From contig CBDESU010000001.1 of NCBI GenBank assembly GCA_965242695.1, positions 1,504,001 to 1,568,000 on the forward strand: a stretch of DNA of 64,000 nucleotides. The letters are read 5' to 3'. The notes under the pieces are model-generated. The model ran no database searches, was not told the DNA's origin, and saw only the letters and a list, made by a program, of their open reading frames with translations. The translations under genes were made by a program, and so were the position numbers. Of this stretch, positions 1-10,130 are shown piece after piece. Within the stretch, counting starts at the first letter, position 1; every line of letters starts with the position of its first letter. Source of the stretch: Cenarchaeum sp. (GTDB taxonomy: Archaea; Thermoproteota; Nitrososphaeria; Nitrososphaerales; Nitrosopumilaceae).

Positions 1-1317
1 AGTGTAGAGACCAAAACCCGAAGATCGAGAATGTTAAGAGATGATGGTCCCAAAAACATAGGGATGCTAACAAAATTTCTGAAACATGTGATAAGACAAA
101 ATTTTGTGGTGTCTGTAAAAGTAAGAAACGAGAGCGATGCATTTATGATTTTTGAGACATTAAATGCAAGAAACAAACCGCTATCAAAATCAGAGCTTAT
201 AAAAAATATGTGCTTTAAGGCAGTAAAAAATGAAAAAGAGATAATCGATCTGGACAATCAATGGATGGATATTTTCAGCGAGTTGGAAAATGGCGATCGG
301 TTTATTCGCGAGTCACTTCGTTCACGGTATTTTGATGATCATGAGAATCCTAACCCCAAACGAAAGAAAAAAGTCAAGGCAACAACGTCGAACCTCTTCG
401 TCATTATCAAGAGTATTGTTAATGACGACGATCGAAAGGCAAAAGATTACATTAATTGGTTGGAAACAGATTCAAAGTTTGTAAAATTTATGGACGACCC
501 CTTCAGTTATACCGATGACGAAGTAATTAAATCGAATTTGGTTTCGTTGAAACGACTGGATGCGGTTCATATCAGGATACCGCTTCTTACTGCCTACAGA
601 AGACTAAACTCGGGGGGAAAACGATATGGGTTTTCTGAGAAAGATTTTGAGGAGTTTTCGAGTATGTTGATAAAGTTTCACTTTCGAAACAGAACCATTG
701 GTAAGTTACATCCAAGTAAAATGGAAGACATCATGTTAGATGTGGCAAAAAAAATAGAGAGTGGAGAAAGTTTAGCAGACGTCACAAGTCTACTGCGTCA
801 AAAAGACATAGAGGATGACGAATTTGAGAGTGGGTTTCGCAAATTCAAACCAGACGAATCAGAAGTGATAAAGTATATCCTGTTGGAAATTGAGAAATAT
901 TTGCGTAACAGTCAAGATGTATTGCAACTTAAAACCGATGCTACCGTTGAACATATACTACCCAAGGACCCAGGAGGAAATTGGAATAAGAGTGAATTTT
1001 TCAACGAGGAGAGCGACGATGTTGAACATAATTTTGAGTCATATCATAACCGTATCGGAAACATGACGCTGTTAACAAAAGGACTCAATTCAAAAATTCA
1101 AAACAAGTCTTTTTGTGTAAAAAAAACTGAGGCGTACAAAAACGAAAAGACGTTACATATAACATTAGAAACTGTTTTAAAAATGGCAAAATGTGCCGAA
1201 GAATTGGGCCGTGGTGCTAAGCCAGAATTTAACGATGTAAAAGAATGGACAGCGAGAATCATTGATGAGAGAAGCGAGTGCTTTTCAAAACTGGCAAAAA
1301 TGATATGGAGTGTGTAA
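1..1317 (+). CDS. DUF262/DUF1524 (GmrSD-like) putative modification-dependent nuclease, 5'-truncated by window edge
   Basis: Frame open from base 1. Contains DUF262 C-terminal motif AFMIFETLNARNKPLS..LIKN and DUF1524/HNH-like motifs VEHILPK and NRIGNMTLL...LNS. Markedly AT-rich relative to the rest of the window. Confidence 0.85.
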   Translation, partial: SVETKTRRSRMLRDDGPKNIGMLTKFLKHVIRQNFVVSVKVRNESDAFMIFETLNARNKPLSKSELIKNMCFKAVKNEKEIIDLDNQWMDIFSELENGDRFIRESLRSRYFDDHENPNPKRKKKVKATTSNLFVIIKSIVNDDDRKAKDYINWLETDSKFVKFMDDPFSYTDDEVIKSNLVSLKRLDAVHIRIPLLTAYRRLNSGGKRYGFSEKDFEEFSSMLIKFHFRNRTIGKLHPSKMEDIMLDVAKKIESGESLADVTSLLRQKDIEDDEFESGFRKFKPDESEVIKYILLEIEKYLRNSQDVLQLKTDATVEHILPKDPGGNWNKSEFFNEESDDVEHNFESYHNRIGNMTLLTKGLNSKIQNKSFCVKKTEAYKNEKTLHITLETVLKMAKCAEELGRGAKPEFNDVKEWTARIIDERSECFSKLAKMIWSV

Positions 1318-1536
1318 ATTGTTAGAGTTTCAACGCACCTCACATATTTTAGATTAAAAAACAATATCCAACGTAGTTATCAACAAACGATCACCCATAT
1401 TTGGTATGAAGCGTTAAAATTTCAGAACTTTCGTCGCCAAAAAACAGGTCGTTCCCCCTCTACTGCACCCAACTCGCCACGCATGTGTTTACCGTGCCCA
1501 TGCTCGCATCACGCCCCTATAGAATGTTGCCAACGT

Positions 1537-1586
1537 GCCATGACCAGACGAACAGCGTGGCCATGACCAGACGAACAGCGTGGCCA
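1537..1586. repeat. 23-bp tandem duplication (gccatgaccagacgaacagcgtg x2)
   Basis: Exact adjacent copies at 1537-1559 and 1560-1582 plus partial gcca. Confidence 0.9.
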
Positions 1587-1770
1587 CAACAAAACGCTCT
1601 CGACGACCCCGAAATTCACAGCCCCCCCCCCAAGACGTGAACTGCCCACATGAGCACATCAAATGCTTAATACACTAACGAAGCCGGCCCGCCGTGTGGC
1701 TCCACAGCACGGATCATGCGGATGGATGCAAAGCGGCGTACCCGCAGGCGGAGGGGGTACGAAGCCTACC

Positions 1771-2844
1771 ATGCTTCAGATAGAGGACATAGACGAGGAT
1801 AAGAGCAGTTGTACAACACCGAAAAAATACAACGTGATGTACATGCCCTCAGACTATACTCTCGGCGAGCTCTACGACATGTGGAAAAAGAACGCCATCA
1901 CCGTACCCGAATTCCAGCGAGGTTATGTGTGGACACCCGCACAGGCATCACGGCTTATAGAGTCATTCTGGATGGATCTCCCCGTGCCGCCCGTGTTCCT
2001 AATGATGGACAAGGAAGAGAATGCACTAGTGATAGACGGCATGCAGCGGCTCCTGACCATCTTCTACTTTTTTGACGGGTGGTACGGGAAGAGGGGGCAT
2101 CAAGAGTCTAGGCAGGAGTTCAAGATCGTCGGCATAAGCAAGGACAACGAGATCTATGGAAAGAGGTTTGATGATCTGCCAGAATACATACAGAAAGAGC
2201 TAAAGAACCAGCTTCTTCGCGCCATACTTATTCGTCAGAACCCGCCCGTCACCGGTAGCGCCAACGGCACCGCCATCTACCACATATTCGAACGCCTGAA
2301 CATGGGCGGCACCGCACTGTCTGAGCAGGAGATCAGAAACTGCATCTACACAGGCAAGCTCAACGATCTTCTTCACGATGTCAACAGTGACAAGGACTGG
2401 AGAAAGATTATGGGCAAGGCTTATCCAGATTCCCGCATGAACGACCTACAGCTTGCCCTTCGCTGCATAGCGCTTGTCCACTGTAGTGACAGGTACCGAA
2501 AGCCCATGAAGGACTTTTTGTCAGGGTTCATGCACGACATGCGCAACCCGACAGATGTCTTCATCCTGCAGGAAAAAGATCGCTTCGGCAACGTCTGCAG
2601 GGACATAGTCGACCACCTCGGCGAGCGCCCATTCCACAACTCGCGGGGGGCCCTCAAGTCCACACTCCTGGATGCCGTATTCGTGGCGTTCGCGCACAAT
2701 GATAGCCATGCCCCAATCGACATAAAAGAAAGGTTCGAAAGCTTGAAAAGAGGCCCCCTATTTGCATCGCATTCTGGCGCGTCCACTGACACATCAGCGG
2801 TCGGAGGACGCCTAGAAATCGCCCGCAAGGTGATGTTCGGGTGA
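1771..2844 (+). CDS. DUF262 (ParB-like/GmrS) domain protein
   Basis: VPEFQRGYVW, LIES...LPVPP, VIDGMQRL and IFERLN.GG motifs. Start placed at ATG 1771 (ORF track starts at 1663). Confidence 0.85.
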   Translation: MLQIEDIDEDKSSCTTPKKYNVMYMPSDYTLGELYDMWKKNAITVPEFQRGYVWTPAQASRLIESFWMDLPVPPVFLMMDKEENALVIDGMQRLLTIFYFFDGWYGKRGHQESRQEFKIVGISKDNEIYGKRFDDLPEYIQKELKNQLLRAILIRQNPPVTGSANGTAIYHIFERLNMGGTALSEQEIRNCIYTGKLNDLLHDVNSDKDWRKIMGKAYPDSRMNDLQLALRCIALVHCSDRYRKPMKDFLSGFMHDMRNPTDVFILQEKDRFGNVCRDIVDHLGERPFHNSRGALKSTLLDAVFVAFAHNDSHAPIDIKERFESLKRGPLFASHSGASTDTSAVGGRLEIARKVMFG

Positions 2845-3100
2845 TGGCAGACGGCTCTCGACGCACCTGACAGTGAGCTGGCAGTATGGATCGACCACTT
2901 CGACAGGACGGGTCCCCGGCGCACAATCATCGAGTGCCACCTAACCGGATTCACGTCTGTCCACATATGGGTCACTATGAAAATGAAATAGTCAGGATCA
3001 TACCAGACAGGGTCCAAGTGTCGAGAGACGGAAGTCCGTTGCCGCACACGGCACCCCTGCATGAGTGTCGCGCTCCCATGCATCCCGACGCCCTCGGGGC
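2844..3100 (+). pseudogene. Probable frameshifted remnant of a HEPN-type partner of DUF262
   Basis: ATG overlaps the DUF262 stop (TGATG). Fragments across frames read ...ELAVWIDHFDRTG..TIIECHLTGFTSVHI / GHYENEIVRII.DRV, which resembles RiboL-PSP-HEPN N-termini. Tentative. Confidence 0.35.
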
Positions 3101-3617
3101 GCCCTGTCTGGATTTGCCCGGAGCGCCTAGACGAGTTCCGCTAGGGCATCGAGCGATGTTATCTGTGACACTACAGGGACATCATGGAGAATAGGAGCGG
3201 GAGCGTGCATGGGAGGCGCATTCAAGTGACCTTTGACGAGGCTTGCGCGCATCATGCAAGCGCAAAGCGCGTTATTGGCAATTCAGATGCTCCCGGCACC
3301 TAGCGCGGCGTACGAAGGGAGTGATGCAGTGGCAAAGGCCGCGCCCTGCCAGCAACGCTCTGCGTTGCCCCGCATGCGGCGGGGCATGCGCCCTTGACGC
3401 CGCCCCGCCGATCCCGCCCACAACGGCTGCGCCGCCAGGCGCTACACGGATCGCCGCCCCGCCGATCCCGCCCGCCGATCGCCGTAGCACCGATCGTCCG
3501 CGCGGCCCGCTCAGGCGACCAGACAGAGCCAGCCCCGCTCTCGCCGACGGAGCGCCCGCGCGGCCCCAAACAACACTCAAATTGCCTGACGATTTGTCGG
3601 GGCGCGTGAGCCAGGCG

Positions 3618-5327
3618 ATGGAGGAGCAGACCATGATCGGCGCGGCGGCCCTCATGAAGGCCATGTCCCGGGAGGGCGTCAAGCAGGTCTTCGGGCTGCC
3701 CGGCGGGGCCAACCTGCCCATGTACGACGAGCTGTTCAAGTCGGACATACGCCACATCCTGGTACGGCACGAGCAGTCGGCCGCCCACATGGCCGACGGG
3801 TTCGGCAGGGTCAGCCGCAAGCCCGGCGTGTGCTTTGCCACGTCCGGCCCCGGCGCTACGAACATCCTCACGGGGATCGCCACGGCCCAGGCCGACTCTG
3901 CCCCCATGGTCGCCGTCACCGGGCAGGTGCCCGTCAAGATGATCGGCAGGGACGCCTTCCAAGAGAGCGACATCATCGGCATGGCCAACCCCGTCGTAAA
4001 GTACGCGTTCCAGCCTCGCGACGCGGCCGAGATACCGGATGTGGTCCGCAAGGGGTTCTACATCGCCGAGACCGGCAGGCCCGGCCCCGTCCTGCTCGAC
4101 ATACCAAAGGACGTGCAGCAGAACGAGGCGCCCATGAAGTTTCCCGACGAGTTCAAGATAAGGGGGTACCACCCGTGGGCCGACCCCGACATCGCCAACA
4201 TCGAAAAGGCCATAGAGATGCTCATGGTCTCGGAAAAGCCCGTCATACTTGCGGGCGGCGGGACCATCATATCGATGGCGTTTGCCGAGCTGCAGGCCAT
4301 TGCAGAGGCGCTCGCAATCCCCGTCGTGACGACCTTCAAGGGCAAGGGGTCGTTCCCCGAGAACCACCCGCTCTCGCTCGGCCCCATCGGCATGCACGGG
4401 CATGCAGAGGCCAACAAGATAATGACCGAGGCCGACTGCGTGCTCGCCATCGGCACCAGGTTCTCGGACAGGTCGGTCGGAACGTTCGACGAGTTCGAGC
4501 GCAACCTAAAGATCATCCACATGGACGTCGACCCCGCCGAGATCGGCAAGAACCAGACGACAAAGGTCGCCGTCGTCGGAGACGTGCGCGCATCCCTGCG
4601 CATCATGGTAAAGATGGTCCTGGAGAGGCAGGAGAGGGCAGGCAAGAGCGCCGAGGGAGACGGGACGGAGTGGTTCAGGCACGTAAAGGAGGTGCGGCAG
4701 TACTGGAAGGACAACCTAAAGATACACCCCGGCGAGATGGCCGCGGCCCGCATACTGCGCAAGCTGCGCGAAGAGCTCCCCGCAGAGTCTATCATCACGA
4801 CCGAGGTGGGCCAGCACCAGATGTGGGCGTCGCTGTTCTACGACGTCGTGCAGCCCGGCACGTTCTTCAGCTCGACGGGCCTCGGCACGATGGGCTGGGG
4901 ATTCCCGGCGGCCATCGGCGCAAAGGTCGCAAGGCCGGACGTTCCCGTCGTAGACATCGCCGGCGACGGCTCGTTCAACATGACAGAGAACTCGCTGGCC
5001 ACGTCCGTCCTCGAGGACATACCCGTCATCGTCTTCCTGGTCAACAACTTTACGCTCGGCATGGTAGCGCAGTGGCAGCGCACGTTCTACGACCGCCGCA
5101 TGATCGGCGTCGACCAGAAGCACTGCCCCGACTACGTAAGGCTGGCAGAGTCGTACGGCGCGCAGGGCATACGCGCCGAGACGCTCGACGAGCTAGGCAG
5201 GGCGGTCCGCACGGCCCTGCGCAGCGAGGTGGCCACCGTCATCGACATACCGATCGACCCCGAGGAGGACGTCCTGCCGTTCGTCGCCCCGGGCACGTCC
5301 CTCAAGGAGATGATCCTCCCGTCCTAG
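3618..5327 (+). CDS. ilvB: Acetolactate synthase large subunit
   Basis: FGLPGGA, RHEQ, TSGPGATN, GRPGPV and TPP-binding GDGSFNM motifs. Start at ATG 3618 (alternative 3633). Confidence 0.97.
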   Translation: MEEQTMIGAAALMKAMSREGVKQVFGLPGGANLPMYDELFKSDIRHILVRHEQSAAHMADGFGRVSRKPGVCFATSGPGATNILTGIATAQADSAPMVAVTGQVPVKMIGRDAFQESDIIGMANPVVKYAFQPRDAAEIPDVVRKGFYIAETGRPGPVLLDIPKDVQQNEAPMKFPDEFKIRGYHPWADPDIANIEKAIEMLMVSEKPVILAGGGTIISMAFAELQAIAEALAIPVVTTFKGKGSFPENHPLSLGPIGMHGHAEANKIMTEADCVLAIGTRFSDRSVGTFDEFERNLKIIHMDVDPAEIGKNQTTKVAVVGDVRASLRIMVKMVLERQERAGKSAEGDGTEWFRHVKEVRQYWKDNLKIHPGEMAAARILRKLREELPAESIITTEVGQHQMWASLFYDVVQPGTFFSSTGLGTMGWGFPAAIGAKVARPDVPVVDIAGDGSFNMTENSLATSVLEDIPVIVFLVNNFTLGMVAQWQRTFYDRRMIGVDQKHCPDYVRLAESYGAQGIRAETLDELGRAVRTALRSEVATVIDIPIDPEEDVLPFVAPGTSLKEMILPS

Positions 5328-5336
5328 GGGGTGGCC

Positions 5337-5825
5337 ATGGTGTGGGCAATACTCTCGCTGCTCGTCGAGAACAAGCCGGGCATACTGTTCCAGGTGACGC
5401 ACCTGTTCAGGGCCCGCAACTTCAACATCGACAGCATATCGGTCGGCGTGACCGAGGACCCCGGGCTGTCGCGCATGACCATCACGACCTACGGCGACGA
5501 GAGGCAGGTGAGGCAGATCGTAAAGCAGCTCGACAAGATGATCGACACGATCGAGGTGATGCACCTAGACGAGCACAAGACCGTGTACAGGGAGCTCGTC
5601 CTGTTCAAGATACGCGTGTCCAGCGCCCAGGACAGCATGCGCATAAACGAGATGGCCAACGCGTACGGCGGCAAGGTGCACGACGTGCGCAGGGACTCCA
5701 TGATGGTCGAGCTGACGGCGACCCCCGACCAGATACGGGCGTTCGAGGAGCTCGCAAGGCCGTTCGGCATACTAGAGACGGCGCGCACTGGGATCGCCGC
5801 CATGCAGAGGAGCGGGTCGGATTGA
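5337..5825 (+). CDS. ilvH: Acetolactate synthase small (regulatory, ACT) subunit
   Basis: LVENKPGIL..V..LF..RNFNIDSISV, RELVLFK and ETARTG motifs. Directly follows ilvB. Confidence 0.95.
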   Translation: MVWAILSLLVENKPGILFQVTHLFRARNFNIDSISVGVTEDPGLSRMTITTYGDERQVRQIVKQLDKMIDTIEVMHLDEHKTVYRELVLFKIRVSSAQDSMRINEMANAYGGKVHDVRRDSMMVELTATPDQIRAFEELARPFGILETARTGIAAMQRSGSD

Positions 5826-7420
5826 GGGTGCGCGTGTTCGACACGACGCTGCGCGACGGCGAGCAGACGCCAGGCGTGTCGCTCTCGCCAGAGGACAAGG
5901 TGAGGATTGCCGGGATACTCGACGGCCTCGGCGTCGACGCGATAGAGGCGGGGTTCCCCGTCATATCCGACGGCGAGGCGAGGGCGGTCAGGATGATCTG
6001 CAGGGAGAGCCTGTCGGCGCAGGTGTGCGGGCTTGCGCGCGCCAACAAAAAGGACATCGACGCGGCCGCCGACGCCGGCCTGTCGTACGTGCACGCGTTC
6101 ATCGCGACGTCGGACATACACTTGGAGTACAAGCTAAAGATGAAGAGGGAAGAGGCGCTGGCAAGGGCCGTAGAGGCCGTAGAGTACGCAAAGTCGCGCG
6201 GCATGGAGGTAGAGTTCTCGGCAGAGGACGCGACGAGGACGGACAGGGCATTTCTGTCCGAGGTGTTTCGGGCAGTCGCGCAGGCCGGCGCCGACCGCGT
6301 AGACATACCCGATACCGTCGGGTACTCTACGCCGGCCTACATGGCCGAGATTACGAGGGACGCCGTAGAGGCCACAAGGGGCCTGCCCATCAGCGTCCAC
6401 TGCCACAACGACTTTGGCCTCGCCGTCGCCAACGCCATATCCGGCCTGCAGGCCGGCGCGCAGTGCGCCCACGTCACAGTCAACGGCATAGGCGAGAGGG
6501 CAGGCAACGCGTCGCTCGAGGAGCTTGTGATGGCCCTCCAGTGCCTCCAGTTCGGGGAAAGGTACGAGACGGGCGTGCACTCGGAGCGCATATACGACGC
6601 GTCAAGGGAGGTGTCCAGCCTGGTCGGCATACAGGTGCAGCCGAACAAGGCCATTGTAGGCGACAACGCGTTCGGCCACGAGTCGGGCATACACACGCAC
6701 GGCGTGCTGTCCAACCCGCTCACGTACGAGCCGATAAGCCCCGAGCTGGTCGGGCGCACCCGCTGGATGCAGGTCGGCAAGCATGCGGGGGTGCACGGCA
6801 TGAACGCGATGCTCGCCGAGTACGGCGTGAGGCCGACCGACGGGCAGGCAAGGGCGATACTTGCGAGGGTCAAGGGCATGGGCGACAGGGGGAGGCAGGT
6901 GACGGACGTCGAGCTGCTCTCGATGGCAAGCGAGGTCATGCAGGACGACGCGATACGGCGCATAGTGCGCCTCGACGGGTTCTCCGTATCGACGGGGATC
7001 GGGACGATGCCGTACGCGTTCGTGAGGCTCAACATCGACGGCAAGGAGTTCTCGGCGACGGACCACGGGGTCGGGCCCGTCGATGCCGCCCTCAGCGCGA
7101 TACAGAAGATTACCGGCGAGATCGCAAAGGTGCGCATACGCGACTACGCCCTTGCGTCGATATCGGGCGGGTCCAACGCCCTGTGCGAGGTCACGGTGCG
7201 GGTCGAGGACGCGGCCAAGAACAAGGTGACGGCAAAGGCGATCGGCGAGGATATAGTGACGACGAGCGTAAAGGCCGTCATCGACGGGATAAACAGGGTG
7301 ATGCTGCGCAAGATGCTCTGGTCTAGGGGGAGCGGGGCGTCGGCCGCGGGGGCGGGCGCGCCGGGGGACGCGGGGCCCGCCCCCGGCGGCGGGGCCGGCG
7401 ATGCCGGCGGCGTCTCCTAG
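5822..7420 (+). CDS. leuA: 2-isopropylmalate synthase (LeuA/CimA family)
   Basis: FDTTLRDGEQ, HCHND.G, NGIGERAGN and HESGIH motifs plus C-terminal regulatory domain. TTG start overlaps ilvH stop. LeuA versus CimA specificity not resolved. Confidence 0.88.
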   Translation: MRVRVFDTTLRDGEQTPGVSLSPEDKVRIAGILDGLGVDAIEAGFPVISDGEARAVRMICRESLSAQVCGLARANKKDIDAAADAGLSYVHAFIATSDIHLEYKLKMKREEALARAVEAVEYAKSRGMEVEFSAEDATRTDRAFLSEVFRAVAQAGADRVDIPDTVGYSTPAYMAEITRDAVEATRGLPISVHCHNDFGLAVANAISGLQAGAQCAHVTVNGIGERAGNASLEELVMALQCLQFGERYETGVHSERIYDASREVSSLVGIQVQPNKAIVGDNAFGHESGIHTHGVLSNPLTYEPISPELVGRTRWMQVGKHAGVHGMNAMLAEYGVRPTDGQARAILARVKGMGDRGRQVTDVELLSMASEVMQDDAIRRIVRLDGFSVSTGIGTMPYAFVRLNIDGKEFSATDHGVGPVDAALSAIQKITGEIAKVRIRDYALASISGGSNALCEVTVRVEDAAKNKVTAKAIGEDIVTTSVKAVIDGINRVMLRKMLWSRGSGASAAGAGAPGDAGPAPGGGAGDAGGVS

Positions 7421-7435
7421 GCGGGTGCCGCGCCG

Positions 7436-8539
7436 GTGAAGCCGCTCGACATTTCGCTCATACCGGGCGACGGGATAGGCCCCGAGCTTGCGGCATCGGC
7501 GCGCGCCGTCCTCGATGCGGCCGGCGACAGGTTCGGCGTGCGGATGGACGTGCGCGAGTGCGAGGCCGGCGATGCCGCGCTCGAGAGGACGGGCAGGGCG
7601 CTGCCGGACGAGACGTTCGAGGCCGTGCGCGGGTCGGACGCGTGCCTAAAGGCGCCGGTCGGCGAGAGCGCGGCCGACGTCATCGTGGCGCTGCGCCGCA
7701 GGCTCGGCCTGTACGCCAACGTCAGGCCGGCAAAGTCGTACCCCGGCATGCCGGCCCTGTCGGACCGAATGGACATGGTCGTCGTCCGCGAGAATACCGA
7801 GGACCTGTACACGGGCGCCGAGTTCTATGTGGACGGGCCGCTGCCGCTGGCCGGCGCGTACGGCGGGGATGCCGGGGCGGGGAAGGGGGGCGGCCGCACG
7901 GCCGTGGCCCTGCGGATCGTCTCGGATGCGGCCTCGGAGCGCATAGCCAGGTACGCCTTCGAGTCGGCCGTCGAGAGGGGCGGGGCGAAAAAGGTCACGT
8001 GCGTGCACAAGTCGAACGTGATGCGCGTGACGGACGGGGTGTTTGCCGGCGCGTGCGCGCGGGTGGCCGAAGAGTACCCCGGCGTCGAGTTCGAGCAGAT
8101 GTACGTCGACGCGTGCGCGATGAACCTCATACGTCGGCCCGAGTCGTTCGACGTCGTCGTGACGACAAACCTGTTCGGCGACATACTCTCCGACGAGTCC
8201 TCGCAGGCGGCAGGCGGCCTCGGCATGGCTCCGGCCGCCAACGTAGGCGACTCGTTCGCGCTGTTCGAGCCCGTGCACGGGGCGGCGTTCGACATTGCGG
8301 GCAGGGGGATCGCCAACCCGTCGTCGTTCATCCTGTCGGCGTCGATGATGCTCGGGTGGCTTGCGCGGAGGAGGGGCGGGGCGGAGGGCGAGGGGTGCGC
8401 CGCGGCCGGCAGGGCCGTCGAGGATGCCGTGCGCGGGGCGGTGGCGGCAGGAGCCAGCACCGCAGACGTGGGAGGTGCGATGACGACGGTGCAGTTTACG
8501 GAAGAGGTCGTGTCCAGGATGGGCAGGCGGAAGGCGTGA
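7436..8539 (+). CDS. leuB: 3-isopropylmalate/isocitrate dehydrogenase family
   Basis: PGDGIGPE, VRENTED.Y, NLFGDILSD and EPVHG.A.DIAG motifs. In the ilv/leu cluster. Confidence 0.88.
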   Translation: MKPLDISLIPGDGIGPELAASARAVLDAAGDRFGVRMDVRECEAGDAALERTGRALPDETFEAVRGSDACLKAPVGESAADVIVALRRRLGLYANVRPAKSYPGMPALSDRMDMVVVRENTEDLYTGAEFYVDGPLPLAGAYGGDAGAGKGGGRTAVALRIVSDAASERIARYAFESAVERGGAKKVTCVHKSNVMRVTDGVFAGACARVAEEYPGVEFEQMYVDACAMNLIRRPESFDVVVTTNLFGDILSDESSQAAGGLGMAPAANVGDSFALFEPVHGAAFDIAGRGIANPSSFILSASMMLGWLARRRGGAEGEGCAAAGRAVEDAVRGAVAAGASTADVGGAMTTVQFTEEVVSRMGRRKA

Positions 8540-8677
8540 GCCGCGCCGGGTCGGGCGGCGGCCCGAGGCGGCGGCAGGGCGGCCGGTACGGCAGGGGTGG
8601 CGCCCCCGGCGCCGCGGCCGGACGCGAGGTTTGACGAAAACTGTATGCTTAATGAGGGGCGATGGGCGTCCGGAATC

Positions 8678-9493
8678 GTGAAGGCGGGGCAAGGTCGGAT
8701 GCAGGGGGGACGAGGGGTGGCTCGGACGGGCCGCGGCGGGGCCGCCGTTGCTGCCGCCGCGCCAGCGGCGGCTGACGGCAGGGCCGAGTTCAGGGAGATG
8801 TTCGTGTCGCTTGTCGATCCGGCCGGCCTGCTCGACATGGAGAGGTGCGGCAGGACGGCCGCCCTGATGAGGGAGGCGGCGTCAAGGTCGGGGTACGAGT
8901 CGGGGGCCAGGATGGCGTCCATACTGGAGGACATCTTTGCCGACACGGCCGACATCGCGAACAGGCCCGTCGAGGACGGGGCACTGCGTCATACCCATGT
9001 CGCGTTTCGCAACATAATCTGGGTGCTGCGCAGCACCGCCGAGTTGTACAGAAATAGCAGGTGCGAAGAGCCAGTCTACAAGGAAAAAGACGGCACGCCG
9101 TTCCCGTTTTGGCGGCCTGTGAGCAACGATCCCGAGCCGGTCGCCAAGCTGGAAGAGGTGAGGAAGGCCGTTTCAGACCTCAGGTCAAAGGCGGACGCGC
9201 GCCGCGAAGAGTTGAGGGCGGCCGACCCGCCAGGCTCAGGCCTGGACATGTACACCGCGTCGTACAAGGGCAGCATCTGCAGGGATCTCGTGAGGGAAGA
9301 CATCGAAAAGGTACGCGCAGAGTACAGGGCAGAAGACGTCGATCCGATATTCCCGCCAAGGCCAAAGCCGCTCGACGAGCACTTCAAGAAGTGCGACGGC
9401 CCGATCTGGTCGTCGGCAGAGATAATCGCATGGGCTAGGGGCAACGGGCCCCCGGACGGGTACGAGGTGGTCAAGGTCGGGGACGACGAGTGA
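8678..9493 (+). CDS. Unknown ~270-aa protein, family A copy 1 (PIN-associated, putative antitoxin)
   Basis: Paralog of 10131..10910 and 62903..63643 (FVSLVDPAGLLDME.C, DIA.RPVEDG, FPP, PDGYE). TATA-like cttaatg at 8648-8654 precedes GTG 8678. Confidence 0.75.
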   Translation: MKAGQGRMQGGRGVARTGRGGAAVAAAAPAAADGRAEFREMFVSLVDPAGLLDMERCGRTAALMREAASRSGYESGARMASILEDIFADTADIANRPVEDGALRHTHVAFRNIIWVLRSTAELYRNSRCEEPVYKEKDGTPFPFWRPVSNDPEPVAKLEEVRKAVSDLRSKADARREELRAADPPGSGLDMYTASYKGSICRDLVREDIEKVRAEYRAEDVDPIFPPRPKPLDEHFKKCDGPIWSSAEIIAWARGNGPPDGYEVVKVGDDE

Positions 9494-9980
9494 CATCAAA
9501 CCCAAGGTGCTGGAGGCCTACTTCGACAGCACGTGATCGTAGCGCTTGCAGCCATGACGGACACCGCGCATTGCACGCGCGCACCCAGCGGCGGTCCACT
9601 CCCTACGCCACGCGCAACCGCACATCGACGACATCGAGTGCATGGCCGTCTGCATTGCGATCCGCTCGAGGTCGTGCGGTTCGATCGGCGGCGAGGGGGG
9701 GGGGCAACATGACCATGACGTCGAGCATGCGCAGGAACGGGTCGCGGTGGCATCCCTGCTCGCACGCAATCATGTCGAGAGGTACAGCACGATAGGTGCC
9801 ATGGCTGGTACGAGCGATGACGATATGGTGGGCGATGACGGCGGCGCAGACTACGGAAGAGTTGGAGACCAAGATGGCCAAGCGGTCGGCGCGAACCGCA
9901 CGGCCACAGCGGCGGCAGCACGGCAGACAGCGAGCGCCCCTGCCGACATCCTGCATGTCCTAAGCAACACGTGGCTGTAG
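9477..9980 (+). pseudogene. Degraded PIN-domain gene
   Basis: Same position and +1 frame as the intact PIN gene at 10894. Reads VLEAYFDST* then shifts frame to VIVALA. The codon equivalent to the TTG start is TCG. Confidence 0.6.
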
Positions 9981-10098
9981 CCGCGATCGGACTGTGCGGC
10001 GATCGGCGCCTCCGCACGCCCGGCCGGCCAAGACTACCCTTTTTGTCCCCGCGCTGGCGCCGCGGCCAGATGCGGAGCCTGCGCGGCGAAGGCGGTAT

Positions 10099-10106
10099 CT
10101 TTAATA
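10099..10106 (+). promoter_or_regulatory. Archaeal TATA box for family A copy 2
   Basis: ctttaata in GC-rich context, 25 nt upstream of GTG 10131. Equivalent boxes precede copies 1 and 3. Confidence 0.6.
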
Positions 10107-10130
10107 GGTGGTAAGTGGGCCTCCGGTATC

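Noticed and set aside
1622-1631. Poly-C tracts (also near 38951) as phase-variation switches
   Set aside because: Intergenic, not clearly within a promoter spacer, and expected occasionally at this GC content.
3243-3617. 125-aa N-terminal extension of the ilvB ORF
   Set aside because: Pro/Arg-rich, stop-poor GC DNA. Similarity to AHAS starts only near ATG 3618/3633.
3830-5821. Apparent 1196-aa fusion ORF ending in LeuA
   Set aside because: The first ~660 aa are an alternative-frame shadow of ilvB/ilvH. LeuA motifs begin at 5822.
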